From Coraliomargaritaceae bacterium (GTDB taxonomy: Bacteria; Verrucomicrobiota; Verrucomicrobiia; Opitutales; Coraliomargaritaceae), in the NCBI GenBank assembly GCA_965656495.1, contig CBFHKU010000001.1, forward strand, positions 306,781-370,780: a DNA stretch of 64,000 nucleotides, in the 5' to 3' direction. The position numbers were made by a program, and so were the translations under genes. The notes under the pieces are model-generated. The model saw only the letters and a program-made list of their open reading frames with translations, was not told the DNA's origin and searched no databases. Positions 17,666-28,043 of this stretch are shown here, one piece after another. Numbering within the stretch: position 1 is the first letter of the stretch; each line of letters starts with the position of its first letter.

Positions 17666-18886
17666 ATGACATTTAAAGAACTGGGCCTCGGGTCCAAAAT
17701 TCTCTCGGCAATCGAGGCCTCGGGTTACACCGAGCCTACTCCGATTCAGGCGCAAGCCATTCCCGAAATTCTCGCAGGTCGCGATGTGATTGGCTCTGCC
17801 CAAACCGGAACCGGAAAGACCGCCGCCTTTGCCTTGCCGGCGCTTCACATTCTCGGAGGCCACAAAAAAGGGGCGCCCCCGCGTTGCCTCGCCCTCGGGC
17901 CCACTCGTGAACTGGCCGCTCAGGTGCAGGGACAATTCGAGAAATACGGCAAAAAGACCAAACTCAAAACCACCCTTGTGCATGGCGGGGTCGGCTATGG
18001 TCAGCAGCGCAAGGACCTCGAGCGCGGTTCCGACGTGGTGGTCGCCACTCCCGGGCGGCTCCTCGATCATGTGGAACAGGGCAGCATCGACCTCAGTTCG
18101 ATTGAACTGCTCATCTTGGATGAAGTCGACCGCATGCTGGACATGGGCTTCATCGAAGATGTGAAACGCATCATCAAACTCTGCCGCCATCCCAAACGCC
18201 AGACCCTCCTCTTTTCCGCCACGGTCTCAGAGGAAATCAAACGCCTCATTGCCCGCAGCCTCAAGGATCCCGTCGAGATCGCGATTGCGATTAAAATAAC
18301 GCCTGCCGAAACCGTGAAGCACGAAGTGTATCCGGTGGGAGCGATGCAGAAATTCGACCTCCTCGTTGCGCTGATTGAAAGCATGGAAATTGATAGCATG
18401 ATCATATTCTGTCGCATGAAAGTCGGGGCGGATCGCATTTCGCGATGGCTCACCGAGCGCAACTACAACTGCGCCGCGATGCATTCCAACCTCCCGCAGA
18501 AAGCCCGCACCAAGGCCTTGGATAAATTCAAAAACGGGGAAATCAAGATTCTGGTCGCGACCGATATCGCCTCACGGGGTCTCGATATCGCGAATGTGAC
18601 CCACGTGATCAACTACGATGTACCGGAGCACTGCGAGGATTATGTCCACCGCATCGGACGCACCGGACGGGCGCAACGCGAAGGCGATGCCGCAACCATT
18701 TTGGCGCCCGACGAAACTTCCAAAATCGATGCGATTGAGAAATTCATCGACCAGCAAATCCCACAGCGACGACTCGAGGGCTTTAATTACTTTTACGAAC
18801 CGCACATCCGGGAAGCCGAGACCGCGACTCCCAAGCGTCGCCGTCGCAATGCTTCCACCAGTAAATTTGGCCGTCGCCGCCGTTAG
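17666..18886 (+). CDS. DEAD-box RNA helicase (RhlE-like)
   Basis: AQTGTGKT, PTRELA, DEVD, SAT and HRIGRTGRA motifs; basic tail. Confidence 0.95.
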   Translation: MTFKELGLGSKILSAIEASGYTEPTPIQAQAIPEILAGRDVIGSAQTGTGKTAAFALPALHILGGHKKGAPPRCLALGPTRELAAQVQGQFEKYGKKTKLKTTLVHGGVGYGQQRKDLERGSDVVVATPGRLLDHVEQGSIDLSSIELLILDEVDRMLDMGFIEDVKRIIKLCRHPKRQTLLFSATVSEEIKRLIARSLKDPVEIAIAIKITPAETVKHEVYPVGAMQKFDLLVALIESMEIDSMIIFCRMKVGADRISRWLTERNYNCAAMHSNLPQKARTKALDKFKNGEIKILVATDIASRGLDIANVTHVINYDVPEHCEDYVHRIGRTGRAQREGDAATILAPDETSKIDAIEKFIDQQIPQRRLEGFNYFYEPHIREAETATPKRRRRNASTSKFGRRRR

Positions 18887-18898
18887 ATTTTTAGAAAA

Positions 18899-19645
18899 AT
18901 GAACCTCCTGCTTTTCGAGGAAGCATTTGAGCAAATCTGTATCGAATCGACGGACACCCGTGCCGCGCATCTCAGGGAGGTATTAAAAGTCGAGCTTGGA
19001 AGTCTGGTCTTTGTTGGGTTTGTGGGTGGTCGGCGCGCCCGGGCAAAAGTCACGGAATTACCGGATGACGGTTCGGTGCATTTGGAAGTGGTCGCTACAG
19101 AAGCGGCACCGCCGCCGTTGCCGGTCGCGCTCTTGATGGGCTTACCGCGTCCCCACACCGCCAAGCGGCTCCTCTTTGAGGCCGCCAGTCTGGGGCTGAG
19201 TCGGATCGATTTCTTTGAAGCGGAAAAAGGGGAGCCTTCTTACGCCCGCAGTAGCCTTTGGCAGGAAGATGGCTGGCGCGAGCGCCTGCGCCTCGGAGCG
19301 GAGCAATCCTTTGGCACGCACCTTCCCAAAGTCGCGATGTATCCGGATCTCCAGAGCGCCCTCAGCGCGCAGAACCCGCAGGCCGCGCGCCTCGCCTTGG
19401 ATAATTATGAAGCGGCGGCATCACTGGGCGAACAGATCCCAGCCGAGGCAACGGAGGTGGTGCTCGCCCTAGGACCAGAACGCGGTTGGAGTTCCGGCGA
19501 ACGCGACACTTTGCAACGCAATGGTTGGCAACTCGCGCACTTGGGTTCCTTCGTCCTGCGTTCCGAGACCGCGGCGGTTGCAGCGGTGAGTGTGGCCGCC
19601 TCGCGTATGCAGGCCTGGAAGGTCCCGACTGCGACGCAGCTTTAG
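18899..19645 (+). CDS. rsmE: 16S rRNA m3U1498 methyltransferase
   Basis: HLREVLK, GAEQS, LGPERGWS, LGSFVLRSETA. Confidence 0.88.
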   Translation: MNLLLFEEAFEQICIESTDTRAAHLREVLKVELGSLVFVGFVGGRRARAKVTELPDDGSVHLEVVATEAAPPPLPVALLMGLPRPHTAKRLLFEAASLGLSRIDFFEAEKGEPSYARSSLWQEDGWRERLRLGAEQSFGTHLPKVAMYPDLQSALSAQNPQAARLALDNYEAAASLGEQIPAEATEVVLALGPERGWSSGERDTLQRNGWQLAHLGSFVLRSETAAVAAVSVAASRMQAWKVPTATQL

Positions 19646-19659
19646 ACGCGGTGTTTTTA

Positions 19660-19756
19660 AACTACGAATCACACGGATAACACGAATCAGGCGGATGTAC
19701 ACTAATGTGCGCTAATGTTTTTTTATAAGCGGATATTAGCGAAAATGAGTGGTTCC
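19660..19756. repeat. degenerate ~9-bp repeat element between convergent rsmE and rsmD
   Basis: ACTACGAAT/ACACGGAT/ACACGAAT...ACACTAAT/GCGCTAAT units followed by the inverse ATTAGCG...GAGTGGTT. Confidence 0.55.
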
Positions 19757-19788
19757 AGCTCCGCTGGTTTTTAGCCAGATCGCAGGCT

Positions 19789-20361
19789 TCAGGACTGGGG
19801 AGGGCGCTGGTAAACCGCGACGCTGGGTTTGTCTTTGCCGGATTTTCCAAGGCGCCGGATGCATTCCCAATTCGGGAAATCGAGTTCGAGCGCGCCCGGC
19901 ATTTCAAGACAGATGAGTCCGTCCGCTGCGGTGAGGGGTTCGATGTTTTCCGCAAAAATAGTCTGCATCTTGGACTCGATCATGGCGTAGGGGGGATCGA
20001 TAAAGACGAGGTCAAAGGGGCCGTGGTTGGCGTTGAGGGCATACACTTTTTGAGTCAACACCTGCCAGTTTTCGGTGTTTTCCAGTTGGCAGCTTTTAGC
20101 GACGGCGGCGAGGTTGCGGCGGAGGCAGGCGACGACTTCGGCGCTGTTCTCGACAAAGAGTCCGGCGCTCGCGCCACGGCTCATGGCCTCCAGCCCGTAA
20201 GCGCCGGTTCCGGCAAAACAATCCGCAATTCGCGCGTCTTCGATGCGGGAACCGAGAAAAGAAAAGACCGCTTCCCGCATTTGATCGGTAGCGGGGCGGG
20301 TCTCGCGCCCCTTGGGAGCGGTGAGTTGGATGCCGCGTGCCTTGCCTCCGGTGATGCGCAT
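19789..20361 (-). CDS. rsmD: 16S rRNA m2G966 methyltransferase
   Basis: MRITGG, TRPATDQMREAVF, FAGTGAYGLEAMSRGA, DPPY. Confidence 0.92.
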   Translation of the reverse strand: MRITGGKARGIQLTAPKGRETRPATDQMREAVFSFLGSRIEDARIADCFAGTGAYGLEAMSRGASAGLFVENSAEVVACLRRNLAAVAKSCQLENTENWQVLTQKVYALNANHGPFDLVFIDPPYAMIESKMQTIFAENIEPLTAADGLICLEMPGALELDFPNWECIRRLGKSGKDKPSVAVYQRPPQS

Positions 20362-20373
20362 GGTGGGTGGGTT

Positions 20374-21165
20374 TTAGCGAACCGCCTGCCAGACGCGGAG
20401 GAGGCTTTCCACGAGCGCCGGTAATTCCGCGAGGGGGATTTGGCTGGCGGCGTCGGAGATCGCTTGTTCCGGGTTGGGGTGGGTCTCCAGGAAGACGCCG
20501 TTGGCTCCGGCGGCGAGGGCGGCGCGTGCGAGGGCGGGGACGTGTTCGCGTTGACCGCCGCTGATCCCGCCCGCCGCGCCGGGGAGTTGGACGCTATGGG
20601 TGGCATCGATAATGGTGGGGTGCCCGTTTGCCGCCATGATGCCAAAACTGCGCATATCGACGACGAGGTTTTGGTAGCCGAAGGTGGTGCCGCGATCGGT
20701 TTGCCAGATTTCGTTGGCTCCGGCTTCCTCCAGTTTTTTGACTACAAATTGCATTTCCTGCGGGGAGAGGAACTGACCTTTTTTGACGTTGATGGCGCAG
20801 TCGGTTTTTGCGGCGGCGAGGAGGAGGTCGGTTTGCCGGCAGAGAAAGGCGGGGATTTGGAGGGCGTCAACCACCGCGCCGACCGCCTCGCATTGTTCGG
20901 GCAAATGGATATCGGTGATCGTTTTAAATCCGTATTCGGCTTTGATAGTCTGGAATATTTCGAGCCCGCGATCGAGGCCGGTGCCACGGTCACTGCCAAT
21001 GGAGGTACGGTTCGCTTTGTCGAAGGAACCTTTGAAGAGGATATTCAGCTCGGGGTGTTGTTCCTGCAAGGCTTTGAGGGCATCGGCGACCGGACGACAG
21101 GTTTCGAGGCTCTCGAGGGAACAGGGGCCCGCGAGGAGGAGGAGTTGATCCGGGTTGTGCAGCAT
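20374..21165 (-). CDS. kdsA: 3-deoxy-8-phosphooctulonate synthase
   Basis: [42 protein letters not shown]; start MLHNP at 21165. Confidence 0.95.
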   Translation of the reverse strand: MLHNPDQLLLLAGPCSLESLETCRPVADALKALQEQHPELNILFKGSFDKANRTSIGSDRGTGLDRGLEIFQTIKAEYGFKTITDIHLPEQCEAVGAVVDALQIPAFLCRQTDLLLAAAKTDCAINVKKGQFLSPQEMQFVVKKLEEAGANEIWQTDRGTTFGYQNLVVDMRSFGIMAANGHPTIIDATHSVQLPGAAGGISGGQREHVPALARAALAAGANGVFLETHPNPEQAISDAASQIPLAELPALVESLLRVWQAVR

Positions 21166-21218
21166 AGTGATATTTAGGGTAAATTTGGTTGAAACGCCAA
21201 GCGGTAATGTAGGTTCTT

Positions 21219-22469
21219 TTATTCCGCGATGAGGAGGTTTAATTCTTTCCGGAGGTCGGGTTCGAGTTCGGCGGTTTGAATCCACTCGGCGGCGGCATTG
21301 GGATCGCTGGCGTTCCACGATTCAAGGGATTCCGCGAGCTTGCGGATGCGTGCCTCGGGTTCGCTGATGGCATTGCTCCAGAGGGTGGCAGCTTCGGGGG
21401 AGTGGGCTTGAATGCGTTGAACAAAACCCTGAATGGCGGCGTCACGCTGCGGCCCGGGAGCTTGTTCGCTGAGCCAGGCCGAGGCGGCGACTGAGTCGGT
21501 GCGGGTCCATTCGTTGAGGAGGGTTTCGGTGGCGGCATTATTTTTGAGCGGGTCGCCTTCGGGGAGATCGTTCAACCATGCGGCGGCGCGGGTGGGGTCG
21601 TTGCGGGCGAGTGAGGCAACGTATGCCTCCAGAAGCGGTGCATCGGGGAAGGTTTTTAAGTAGCTACGCACCAGTCCTTCGGCAGTGGCGGGATCGCTCT
21701 CGGTTATTTTACTCAGACAATGTTCGAGGGCTTCGCTGGAACCGAGGAGCGCTTCTTGCGCCGCCCATTCGGTGGCGGCTTGGGGGTCAGCGCTGCTCCA
21801 TGCATCCAAAAGCGCTTGTGCCGCTACGAGGCGCGAGGGGCCCAGTGGGATGCCTTCAATCCATTGCGCGGCGGTCGCGGGGTCTTGTGCGCCCCATGAT
21901 TCGGCGAGCGCCGCCGCGGCGACATCTTTACTGCCATCGCTAGCCATGCCGTCGATCCAAGCTGCGGCGGCAGCGGGGTCTTGTGTGCTCCAGAGGGTCA
22001 CGCCATTCTTGAGGGTTTCGCTGCGCGCGAGGCCTTGGGCGTTGGACTCGAGCCACAGGAGGGCACCCTCCGCATCTTTGCTCGCCCATAGCGCGACCAC
22101 TTCAAGCATCGCCTGCATTCGCGGGGCGCCGGGGTCTTGCTCTTGAAGCCATCCCATCGCGTCCGAGGGATCCAGTTCGGCGCGGCGACGCGCTTCATTC
22201 AGGAGGGATTCAAGGTAGGAATTGGGTGCGCTGATAGCGGGGCGTTCCGGGAGATCCGAATCGCTTTGTGTTTCGGATTTGGGGGTGGCTTCGGGTTCAG
22301 TCGGGGTGTTGTTTGAAATTTCGGGGAGGTGCAGGGCTTGGGGTGCCGGGGGCTGGCTGCGGCGGAGCAGTTCGCGCAGTTGTTGCTCGAGGTGCAGACC
22401 GTAGGGGATTGCCACGCAGAGGAAGAGCAGGAAGGCGATGGCGAGCCAGTTAGTCGGTCGGTTATTCAT
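21219..22469 (-). CDS. membrane-anchored alpha-helical repeat protein
   Basis: N-terminal TM helix followed by repeated W...DPxxAxxW units. Confidence 0.75.
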   Translation of the reverse strand: MNNRPTNWLAIAFLLFLCVAIPYGLHLEQQLRELLRRSQPPAPQALHLPEISNNTPTEPEATPKSETQSDSDLPERPAISAPNSYLESLLNEARRRAELDPSDAMGWLQEQDPGAPRMQAMLEVVALWASKDAEGALLWLESNAQGLARSETLKNGVTLWSTQDPAAAAAWIDGMASDGSKDVAAAALAESWGAQDPATAAQWIEGIPLGPSRLVAAQALLDAWSSADPQAATEWAAQEALLGSSEALEHCLSKITESDPATAEGLVRSYLKTFPDAPLLEAYVASLARNDPTRAAAWLNDLPEGDPLKNNAATETLLNEWTRTDSVAASAWLSEQAPGPQRDAAIQGFVQRIQAHSPEAATLWSNAISEPEARIRKLAESLESWNASDPNAAAEWIQTAELEPDLRKELNLLIAE

Positions 22470-22475
22470 AGGGAT

Positions 22476-23282
22476 TTATTCCAGGCCAAAGAAGTTGCGG
22501 GTATTGGCAGTCGTGATGGCGGCGAGTGCCTCGGGCGCAATACCGAGTACCTCGGCGGCGCGTTCGGCGATATATTTCAGATAAGCGGGTTCGTTGCCTT
22601 CGCCGCGGTGTGGTTCGGGGGCGAGATAGGGGCAGTCGGTCTCAAGCATGAGGCGTTCGAGGCCCTGAGTGGCGAGTGCGGCCCGTACCGAGTCCGCTTT
22701 TTTATAGGTCACAATCCCGGTAAATGAGGCGCGTCCACCGCGCTCGTTGATTTGTTTGATTTCTTTGGGCCCATAACTGAAGCAATGAAAGACGACCCGC
22801 GCCCAATCGATACCGGATTCGTCAATCATACGCCGGGTGTCGTCAAAGGCATCGCGGCTGTGAATGATGACCGGTACTTCCAGTTCGCGGGCCAGCGCCA
22901 GTTGCTCGCGGAACGCCGCTTCCTGGTGGAGGATGGTCTCGCCCGCCGCGACCGGATCCTTTGGCAGGTGAAAGTAATCGAGCCCGATTTCTCCAAGGGC
23001 GCAGGGAGGGTGGGGCGGCATGAAGAAGGGGGAGAGCTGTGTCACATCGTCCGCCCAATCGGCCTCGACGTAGCAAGGATGGAGTCCGGCGGTGTAAAAA
23101 ATTTTCCCCGGATGGGCGGCGCTCATTTCGCGATAGGGGACCCAGTCGCTCGTGGAGGTACCGACCGCGATCATTTGCCCGACCCCCGCTTGTTCGGCCC
23201 GTTGCAGCACTTCGCTCAGGGTGCCGTTTTTTTGAAAACCCTGTAGGTGGCAATGACTATCGATGAGGAAATTGGAGGGCAT
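22476..23282 (-). CDS. tatD: TatD family hydrolase
   Basis: [37 protein letters not shown]. Confidence 0.92.
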   Translation of the reverse strand: MPSNFLIDSHCHLQGFQKNGTLSEVLQRAEQAGVGQMIAVGTSTSDWVPYREMSAAHPGKIFYTAGLHPCYVEADWADDVTQLSPFFMPPHPPCALGEIGLDYFHLPKDPVAAGETILHQEAAFREQLALARELEVPVIIHSRDAFDDTRRMIDESGIDWARVVFHCFSYGPKEIKQINERGGRASFTGIVTYKKADSVRAALATQGLERLMLETDCPYLAPEPHRGEGNEPAYLKYIAERAAEVLGIAPEALAAITTANTRNFFGLE

Positions 23283-23302
23283 GTTTTCAGGCGGGGTTTG
23301 CG

Positions 23303-23680
23303 TTACCAAATAAATAATTTTAGATCAGGGACTCGTTTGAAGTGTTTGGCGTTGGCGGTGACAAGGGTAGAATCGGTGCAGCGTGCATGTGCGGCGATTT
23401 GGGTATCAAAATCACCGATCTGAATCCCTTTACCAGTCAAATATGCCAAGAGTCGTCCGGTAGCCTGCGCTGCTTCCGATTCAAAGGGTAGGACTTTAAC
23501 GGCATCGAGGAGGACTTGAACTTTCTTTTTTTCCCGTTTTCCACCGGCGTGGTGAACGCCCGCCCAAAGTTCACTTTCAACGACTGCGCTGATGCAACAA
23601 GCCTCGCCCTCAATTTCGGCGGGCGGTTGCGCACCGCGCAAGAGGTTTATGCAGGCGGAGGTGTCGAGCATGTACGACAT
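23303..23680 (-). CDS. vapC: VapC family PIN toxin
   Basis: [34 protein letters not shown]. Confidence 0.9.
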   Translation of the reverse strand: MSYMLDTSACINLLRGAQPPAEIEGEACCISAVVESELWAGVHHAGGKREKKKVQVLLDAVKVLPFESEAAQATGRLLAYLTGKGIQIGDFDTQIAAHARCTDSTLVTANAKHFKRVPDLKLFIW

Positions 23681-23925
23681 TAAACCTCCTTGCTTGCTTT
23701 GAGGTTAACGCGTTGTCCGGTGGTGCTTTGCGGGAGGCGGTCCGGGAAATCGCCGCCAATTTCAGCGCAGGTTTCCGCCACCTGAGCGAGGGATGGATTG
23801 CGGGGGCGGATGATGATGTGGTCCTTGTGGCGTTCGAGGCTTACCTCGCGGACGCCACTGACCCAGCTTTTGGGAATTCGCAGGGCAATGGAGCGCCCGG
23901 TTTCAAAGAGTTTTGCGGTTTTCAT
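23680..23925 (-). CDS. vapB: VapB antitoxin (AbrB/MazE fold)
   Basis: MKTAKLFETGRSIALRIPK; stop overlaps the vapC start. Confidence 0.88.
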   Translation of the reverse strand: MKTAKLFETGRSIALRIPKSWVSGVREVSLERHKDHIIIRPRNPSLAQVAETCAEIGGDFPDRLPQSTTGQRVNLKASKEV

Positions 23926-23949
23926 GGTATATACCATGATATGTATCAT
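23923..23949. promoter_or_regulatory. tandem palindromic vapBC operator
   Basis: Perfect palindrome CATGGTATATACCATG (23923..23938) plus overlapping ATGATATGTATCAT. Confidence 0.65.
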
Positions 23950-24035
23950 TCGACTTGTCAATGAAAGTGCTTGAGATGTGCGGCGAGGGAATCATCTTGC
24001 AGTGAAATTCTTTTTATACGCCTAATAAAAATATT

Positions 24036-24962
24036 ATGGAAGATGTCATCATTCTAGGAACCGGATGCGCGGGTTTGACCGCTGCAATTTATACCGGTCG
24101 TGCGCAGTTGAATCCCCTCGTGTTGGAGGGAACACAACCGGGGGGTCAATTGACGACGACCTCGGAGGTGGAGAATTTTCCGGGTTTCCCGGAGGGGATT
24201 GATGGGTATACCATGATGGATAACCTGCGGAAACAGGCGGCGCGCTTTGGGGCGCGATACGAACACGCCAAGGTCGACCGCATTGAGGTGGAGGGCGAAG
24301 TGAAGCGCCTGCACGCTGGGGAAAAGGTTTACGAAGCACGCACCGTTATAATTGGCACGGGGGCGCGTCCGCGGCTCCTGGGCATCCCGGGCGAACAGGA
24401 AATGTTTGGCGGGAAGGGTGTCACAACCTGCGCGACCTGCGATGGTGCTTTTTACCGCGACATGGACGTGGTGGTCGTGGGCGGCGGTGACTCCGCCTGT
24501 GAGGAGGCGCTCTTTTTGACGCGTTTTTGTTCAAAGGTGACTTTGATTCACCGGCGTGACAGTTTGCGGGCTTCCCAGATTATGGCGGAGCGTGCCATTG
24601 CGCATGAAAAGATCGAGATGGCTTGGAATTCCCTGCCGCAGGAGATTTTGGCGGACGAGACGGGGAATGCGCGGGCGATTCGCGTGAAGGATGCGGTCAG
24701 TGGCGAGGAGCGTGAGATTCCCTGCAAAGGAGCGTTCATTGCGATTGGGCATATTCCAAACACCGATTTTGCGGAGGGTCTGCTGGAACGCGATGGGGAC
24801 GGCTATATCGTGCCGGCAGCGGGGAGCCAGGTTAAGACTTCGATTCCGGGGCTCTTTGCGGCGGGTGATTGCGTGGACCATGTTTACCGTCAGGCTATTA
24901 CGGCGGCGGGGATGGGTTGCCAGGCGGCGATTGAAGCGGAGCGTTGGTTGGCAGAACAATAG
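24036..24962 (+). CDS. trxB: thioredoxin-disulfide reductase
   Basis: [32 protein letters not shown]. Confidence 0.96.
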   Translation: MEDVIILGTGCAGLTAAIYTGRAQLNPLVLEGTQPGGQLTTTSEVENFPGFPEGIDGYTMMDNLRKQAARFGARYEHAKVDRIEVEGEVKRLHAGEKVYEARTVIIGTGARPRLLGIPGEQEMFGGKGVTTCATCDGAFYRDMDVVVVGGGDSACEEALFLTRFCSKVTLIHRRDSLRASQIMAERAIAHEKIEMAWNSLPQEILADETGNARAIRVKDAVSGEEREIPCKGAFIAIGHIPNTDFAEGLLERDGDGYIVPAAGSQVKTSIPGLFAAGDCVDHVYRQAITAAGMGCQAAIEAERWLAEQ

Positions 24963-25004
24963 GGATTCGTTTGCGTTGATCCCAGTTAGCCTACAACTTG
25001 CTAC

Positions 25005-25643
25005 ATGGATTTATCGGATCGCAGAGCGGATTATACCAAGCATGCCCTCGACATAGGGGACTTGGCGGATTGTCCGTTTGCGCAATTTCGCAGCTGGTAT
25101 GCGGCGGCAGAGGATTGCGAATTGGAGGAACCGAATGCTTTTTGCCTCGCGACTGCGGATGCAGGCGGGCAGCCCTCGACGCGCATTGTTTTGCTGAAGG
25201 AATTTTCAGAGAAGGGTTTGGTTTTCTACACGAATTACGAAAGCCGCAAGGCGGAGGCGATGGAAGCAAACCCGCAGGTCTCGGCGAATTTCCTCTGGTT
25301 GCCCCTGCAGCGTCAGGTGAACGTAGCGGGTCGGGTCGAGCGCATCAGCAAGGCGGAATCCCTGAAGTATTTTCTTTCACGTCCCTTGGCGAGTCAGTTG
25401 GGGGCATGGACTTCGCCGCAAAGTAAAGTGATCCGCTCGCGTCAAATTCTGGAGGCGAAATGGGAACAGATGAAGGCGAAGTTTTCGGAGGGCAAGGTGC
25501 CGCTGCCGGATCATTGGGGCGGGTATCGCATCGTGCCGGAGCGCATTGAATTTTGGCAAGGGCGACCCAGTCGTCTGCATGACCGCTTCGTTTACCAGCG
25601 CGATGCTGCGGGGGCGTGGTCGGTGGAACGTTTGGCACCTTAG
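25005..25643 (+). CDS. pdxH: pyridoxamine 5'-phosphate oxidase
   Basis: [32 protein letters not shown]. Confidence 0.96.
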   Translation: MDLSDRRADYTKHALDIGDLADCPFAQFRSWYAAAEDCELEEPNAFCLATADAGGQPSTRIVLLKEFSEKGLVFYTNYESRKAEAMEANPQVSANFLWLPLQRQVNVAGRVERISKAESLKYFLSRPLASQLGAWTSPQSKVIRSRQILEAKWEQMKAKFSEGKVPLPDHWGGYRIVPERIEFWQGRPSRLHDRFVYQRDAAGAWSVERLAP

Positions 25644-25658
25644 AGAGTCTGGTGTAGA

Positions 25659-26510
25659 ATGCGCGTTGATTGCCACATGCACACGCCGCTTTGCGGTCAC
25701 GCTTTCGGGCATCCGATTGAATACGCTCTGGCGGCGCGGGATCAGGGGATTGATCTCGTTACGATCACCTGCCACATCCCGATGGAATGGGCGGATTTTG
25801 GGCAGGCAGGGATTCGGATGACGCGGGAAGATTTGGATTTGTATATTGAAATGGTGGAAAAAGCGGCGGTGGTGGCGTCAGATTTTGGGGTGGAGATGCT
25901 CTGTGGAATTGAGGCCGAGGTTTTCCCGGACGAGACGCATATGGAATCGATGGATGCGGTTTTGGCGGCCTATGATTTTGATTTCGTGCTGGGCTCGCTG
26001 CACGCGCAGTGCGCGAGTTACCGGGGATGGTTGAAGCAAAATAAAGTCAAGGACGATGCCATTATCATCGATTCGTATTTCCGGCATTTAAAGGACGGGG
26101 CGGAATCGGGTCGCTACGATAGTATGTCGCATCCGGATGTGATTCGCACCTACGGGGTGGTGGGGCATTTTGAACCCGCCGCGCACGAGCCCGTCATACG
26201 GGAATTTCTGCAGGCGGTGGTGGATGCCGATATGTGCATGGAGGTGAACACCAGTGGCCTGACAAAGGGCGATTTTGAGGTGCATCCCGATCCTTTGATT
26301 TTGGGTTGGGCGGCGGAGATGGGGGTGAAATTAACGATGGGTTCGGATTCGCACGCGCCGGGCTCGGTGGGGCAATATTTTGATACGGTGCAGGCGCTTT
26401 TGCGGGAGAAGGGCTTTCGGGATTTGCATTATTTCCGGGGGCGGAAACGCGTAAGGATTGATATGCCGGTGCCGCGCGATGCGGAAACAGTCGGTTCGCT
26501 TGAAGGCTAG
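25659..26510 (+). CDS. histidinol-phosphatase, HisJ/PHP family
   Basis: [36 protein letters not shown]. Confidence 0.88.
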   Translation: MRVDCHMHTPLCGHAFGHPIEYALAARDQGIDLVTITCHIPMEWADFGQAGIRMTREDLDLYIEMVEKAAVVASDFGVEMLCGIEAEVFPDETHMESMDAVLAAYDFDFVLGSLHAQCASYRGWLKQNKVKDDAIIIDSYFRHLKDGAESGRYDSMSHPDVIRTYGVVGHFEPAAHEPVIREFLQAVVDADMCMEVNTSGLTKGDFEVHPDPLILGWAAEMGVKLTMGSDSHAPGSVGQYFDTVQALLREKGFRDLHYFRGRKRVRIDMPVPRDAETVGSLEG

Positions 26511-26582
26511 GTCGGTTTTATCGGGGCAGGGGAAAGGCGACATGACGCTTGCCACCGGCGCGGGAGCAAGTTTGCTGAGGGT

Positions 26583-27842
26583 ATGCCCATTACAGCCCAG
26601 TCACGTTTTTTGGAGTATACAAGCGCCCAGCGCATCGCGGAGGAATACGGCACGCCTTGTTATGTTTATGATGCCGCGACCCTCGATGCCAATGCCGCGG
26701 CGGTGCTGGCGTTTCCGAATGCCTATGGTTTGACGGCGCGTTATGCGATGAAGGCCTGCCCGAATGCGAACATTCTGCGCCGCTTTGAGGCGGCGGGTCT
26801 GCACATCGATGCGAGTTCGGGCTACGAGGTGAAGCGGGCGATGGCGGCGGGTTTTGCGCCGGAGAAGATTTCGCTCAGCACGCAGGAATTGCCGGAGGAT
26901 TTTGCGGCATTGTGCGGGCAGGGGGTGCTGTTGAATGCCTGTTCCCTGAATCAACTGGAGCGTTTTGGTGCCGCCTTTGAAGGGGGCGAGGTGGGCTTGC
27001 GCTTTAATCCCGGCGCGGGCTCGGGCGGCAATAACCGCACGAATGTCGGCGGGCCGGCATCCAGTTTCGGTATTTGGCATGAGTGGTTGCCGGAGGTGCA
27101 GGCGCTCGTTGCGAAATATCAACTCAAGGTGGTGCGCATTCACACACACATCGGTTCGGGGAGTGATCCGGCAGTCTGGCAAAAAATTTCCAGCATGAGT
27201 TTGGATTTGGTGCGGGCTTTCCCGGAGGTGCATACCCTGAATCTCGGCGGAGGCTATAAAGTCGCCCGTATGCCGGAAGAGACAGGTACCGATCTGCAGG
27301 CATGTGGGGCGCCCGTCGCGGAAAAATTCCGCGAGTTTGCCGCCGAGACCGGCCGTGAGATCCATTTGGAAATCGAACCGGGCACCTTCCTGCTCGCGAA
27401 CGCCGGAGCGGTGCTCGCCAAAGTACAGGATATGGTTTCCACCGGCCCGCAGGGCTACGAATTTTTGAAGCTCAACACCGGTATGACGGAATTGCTGCGC
27501 CCCTCCCTTTACGGCGCACAACATCCCGTGACCCTTCTGCAAGCCGAACCTTCCGGCGAAACGGTGGAGTACGTTCTGGCGGGGCATTGTTGTGAATCGG
27601 GCGACATCCTAAGTCCGGCACCGGGCGATCCGGAATTACTCGCACCCCGTGCTTTGCCGCGCGCCGCGATTGGAGACCTTTGCGTGATCGATGGGGCGGG
27701 GGCCTATTGTGCCGCCATGACCGCCAAGCATTACAATTCCTATCCCGAGGCCGCTGAAATCCTCCTCGAATGCGACGGCTCGACCCGTCTGATTCGCAAG
27801 CGACAAGCCCCGGACGCCCTCTGGGCAGACGAAATCGCATAA
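26583..27842 (+). CDS. lysA: diaminopimelate decarboxylase
   Basis: YAMKA, HTHIGSG, LNLGGG, IEPG, CESGD, GAY. Confidence 0.92.
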   Translation: MPITAQSRFLEYTSAQRIAEEYGTPCYVYDAATLDANAAAVLAFPNAYGLTARYAMKACPNANILRRFEAAGLHIDASSGYEVKRAMAAGFAPEKISLSTQELPEDFAALCGQGVLLNACSLNQLERFGAAFEGGEVGLRFNPGAGSGGNNRTNVGGPASSFGIWHEWLPEVQALVAKYQLKVVRIHTHIGSGSDPAVWQKISSMSLDLVRAFPEVHTLNLGGGYKVARMPEETGTDLQACGAPVAEKFREFAAETGREIHLEIEPGTFLLANAGAVLAKVQDMVSTGPQGYEFLKLNTGMTELLRPSLYGAQHPVTLLQAEPSGETVEYVLAGHCCESGDILSPAPGDPELLAPRALPRAAIGDLCVIDGAGAYCAAMTAKHYNSYPEAAEILLECDGSTRLIRKRQAPDALWADEIA

Positions 27843-28043
27843 TTACCGCGAGTATGTAAGTCCATTGTTAATGGGCCCGCTGCTATTTGAAGCTGTGGGG
27901 CGTCTCATATTAAACACCACAGGTGTAAATCTAGGGTCTTCATTTGCTGAATGTTCATGAATTGATATTATTTGTGCTATAAACAGCAATTGGTTGAATG
28001 ACGGAATTAAGGTAAACTATAAGTTCCCTCAAAGATCAAGTAG

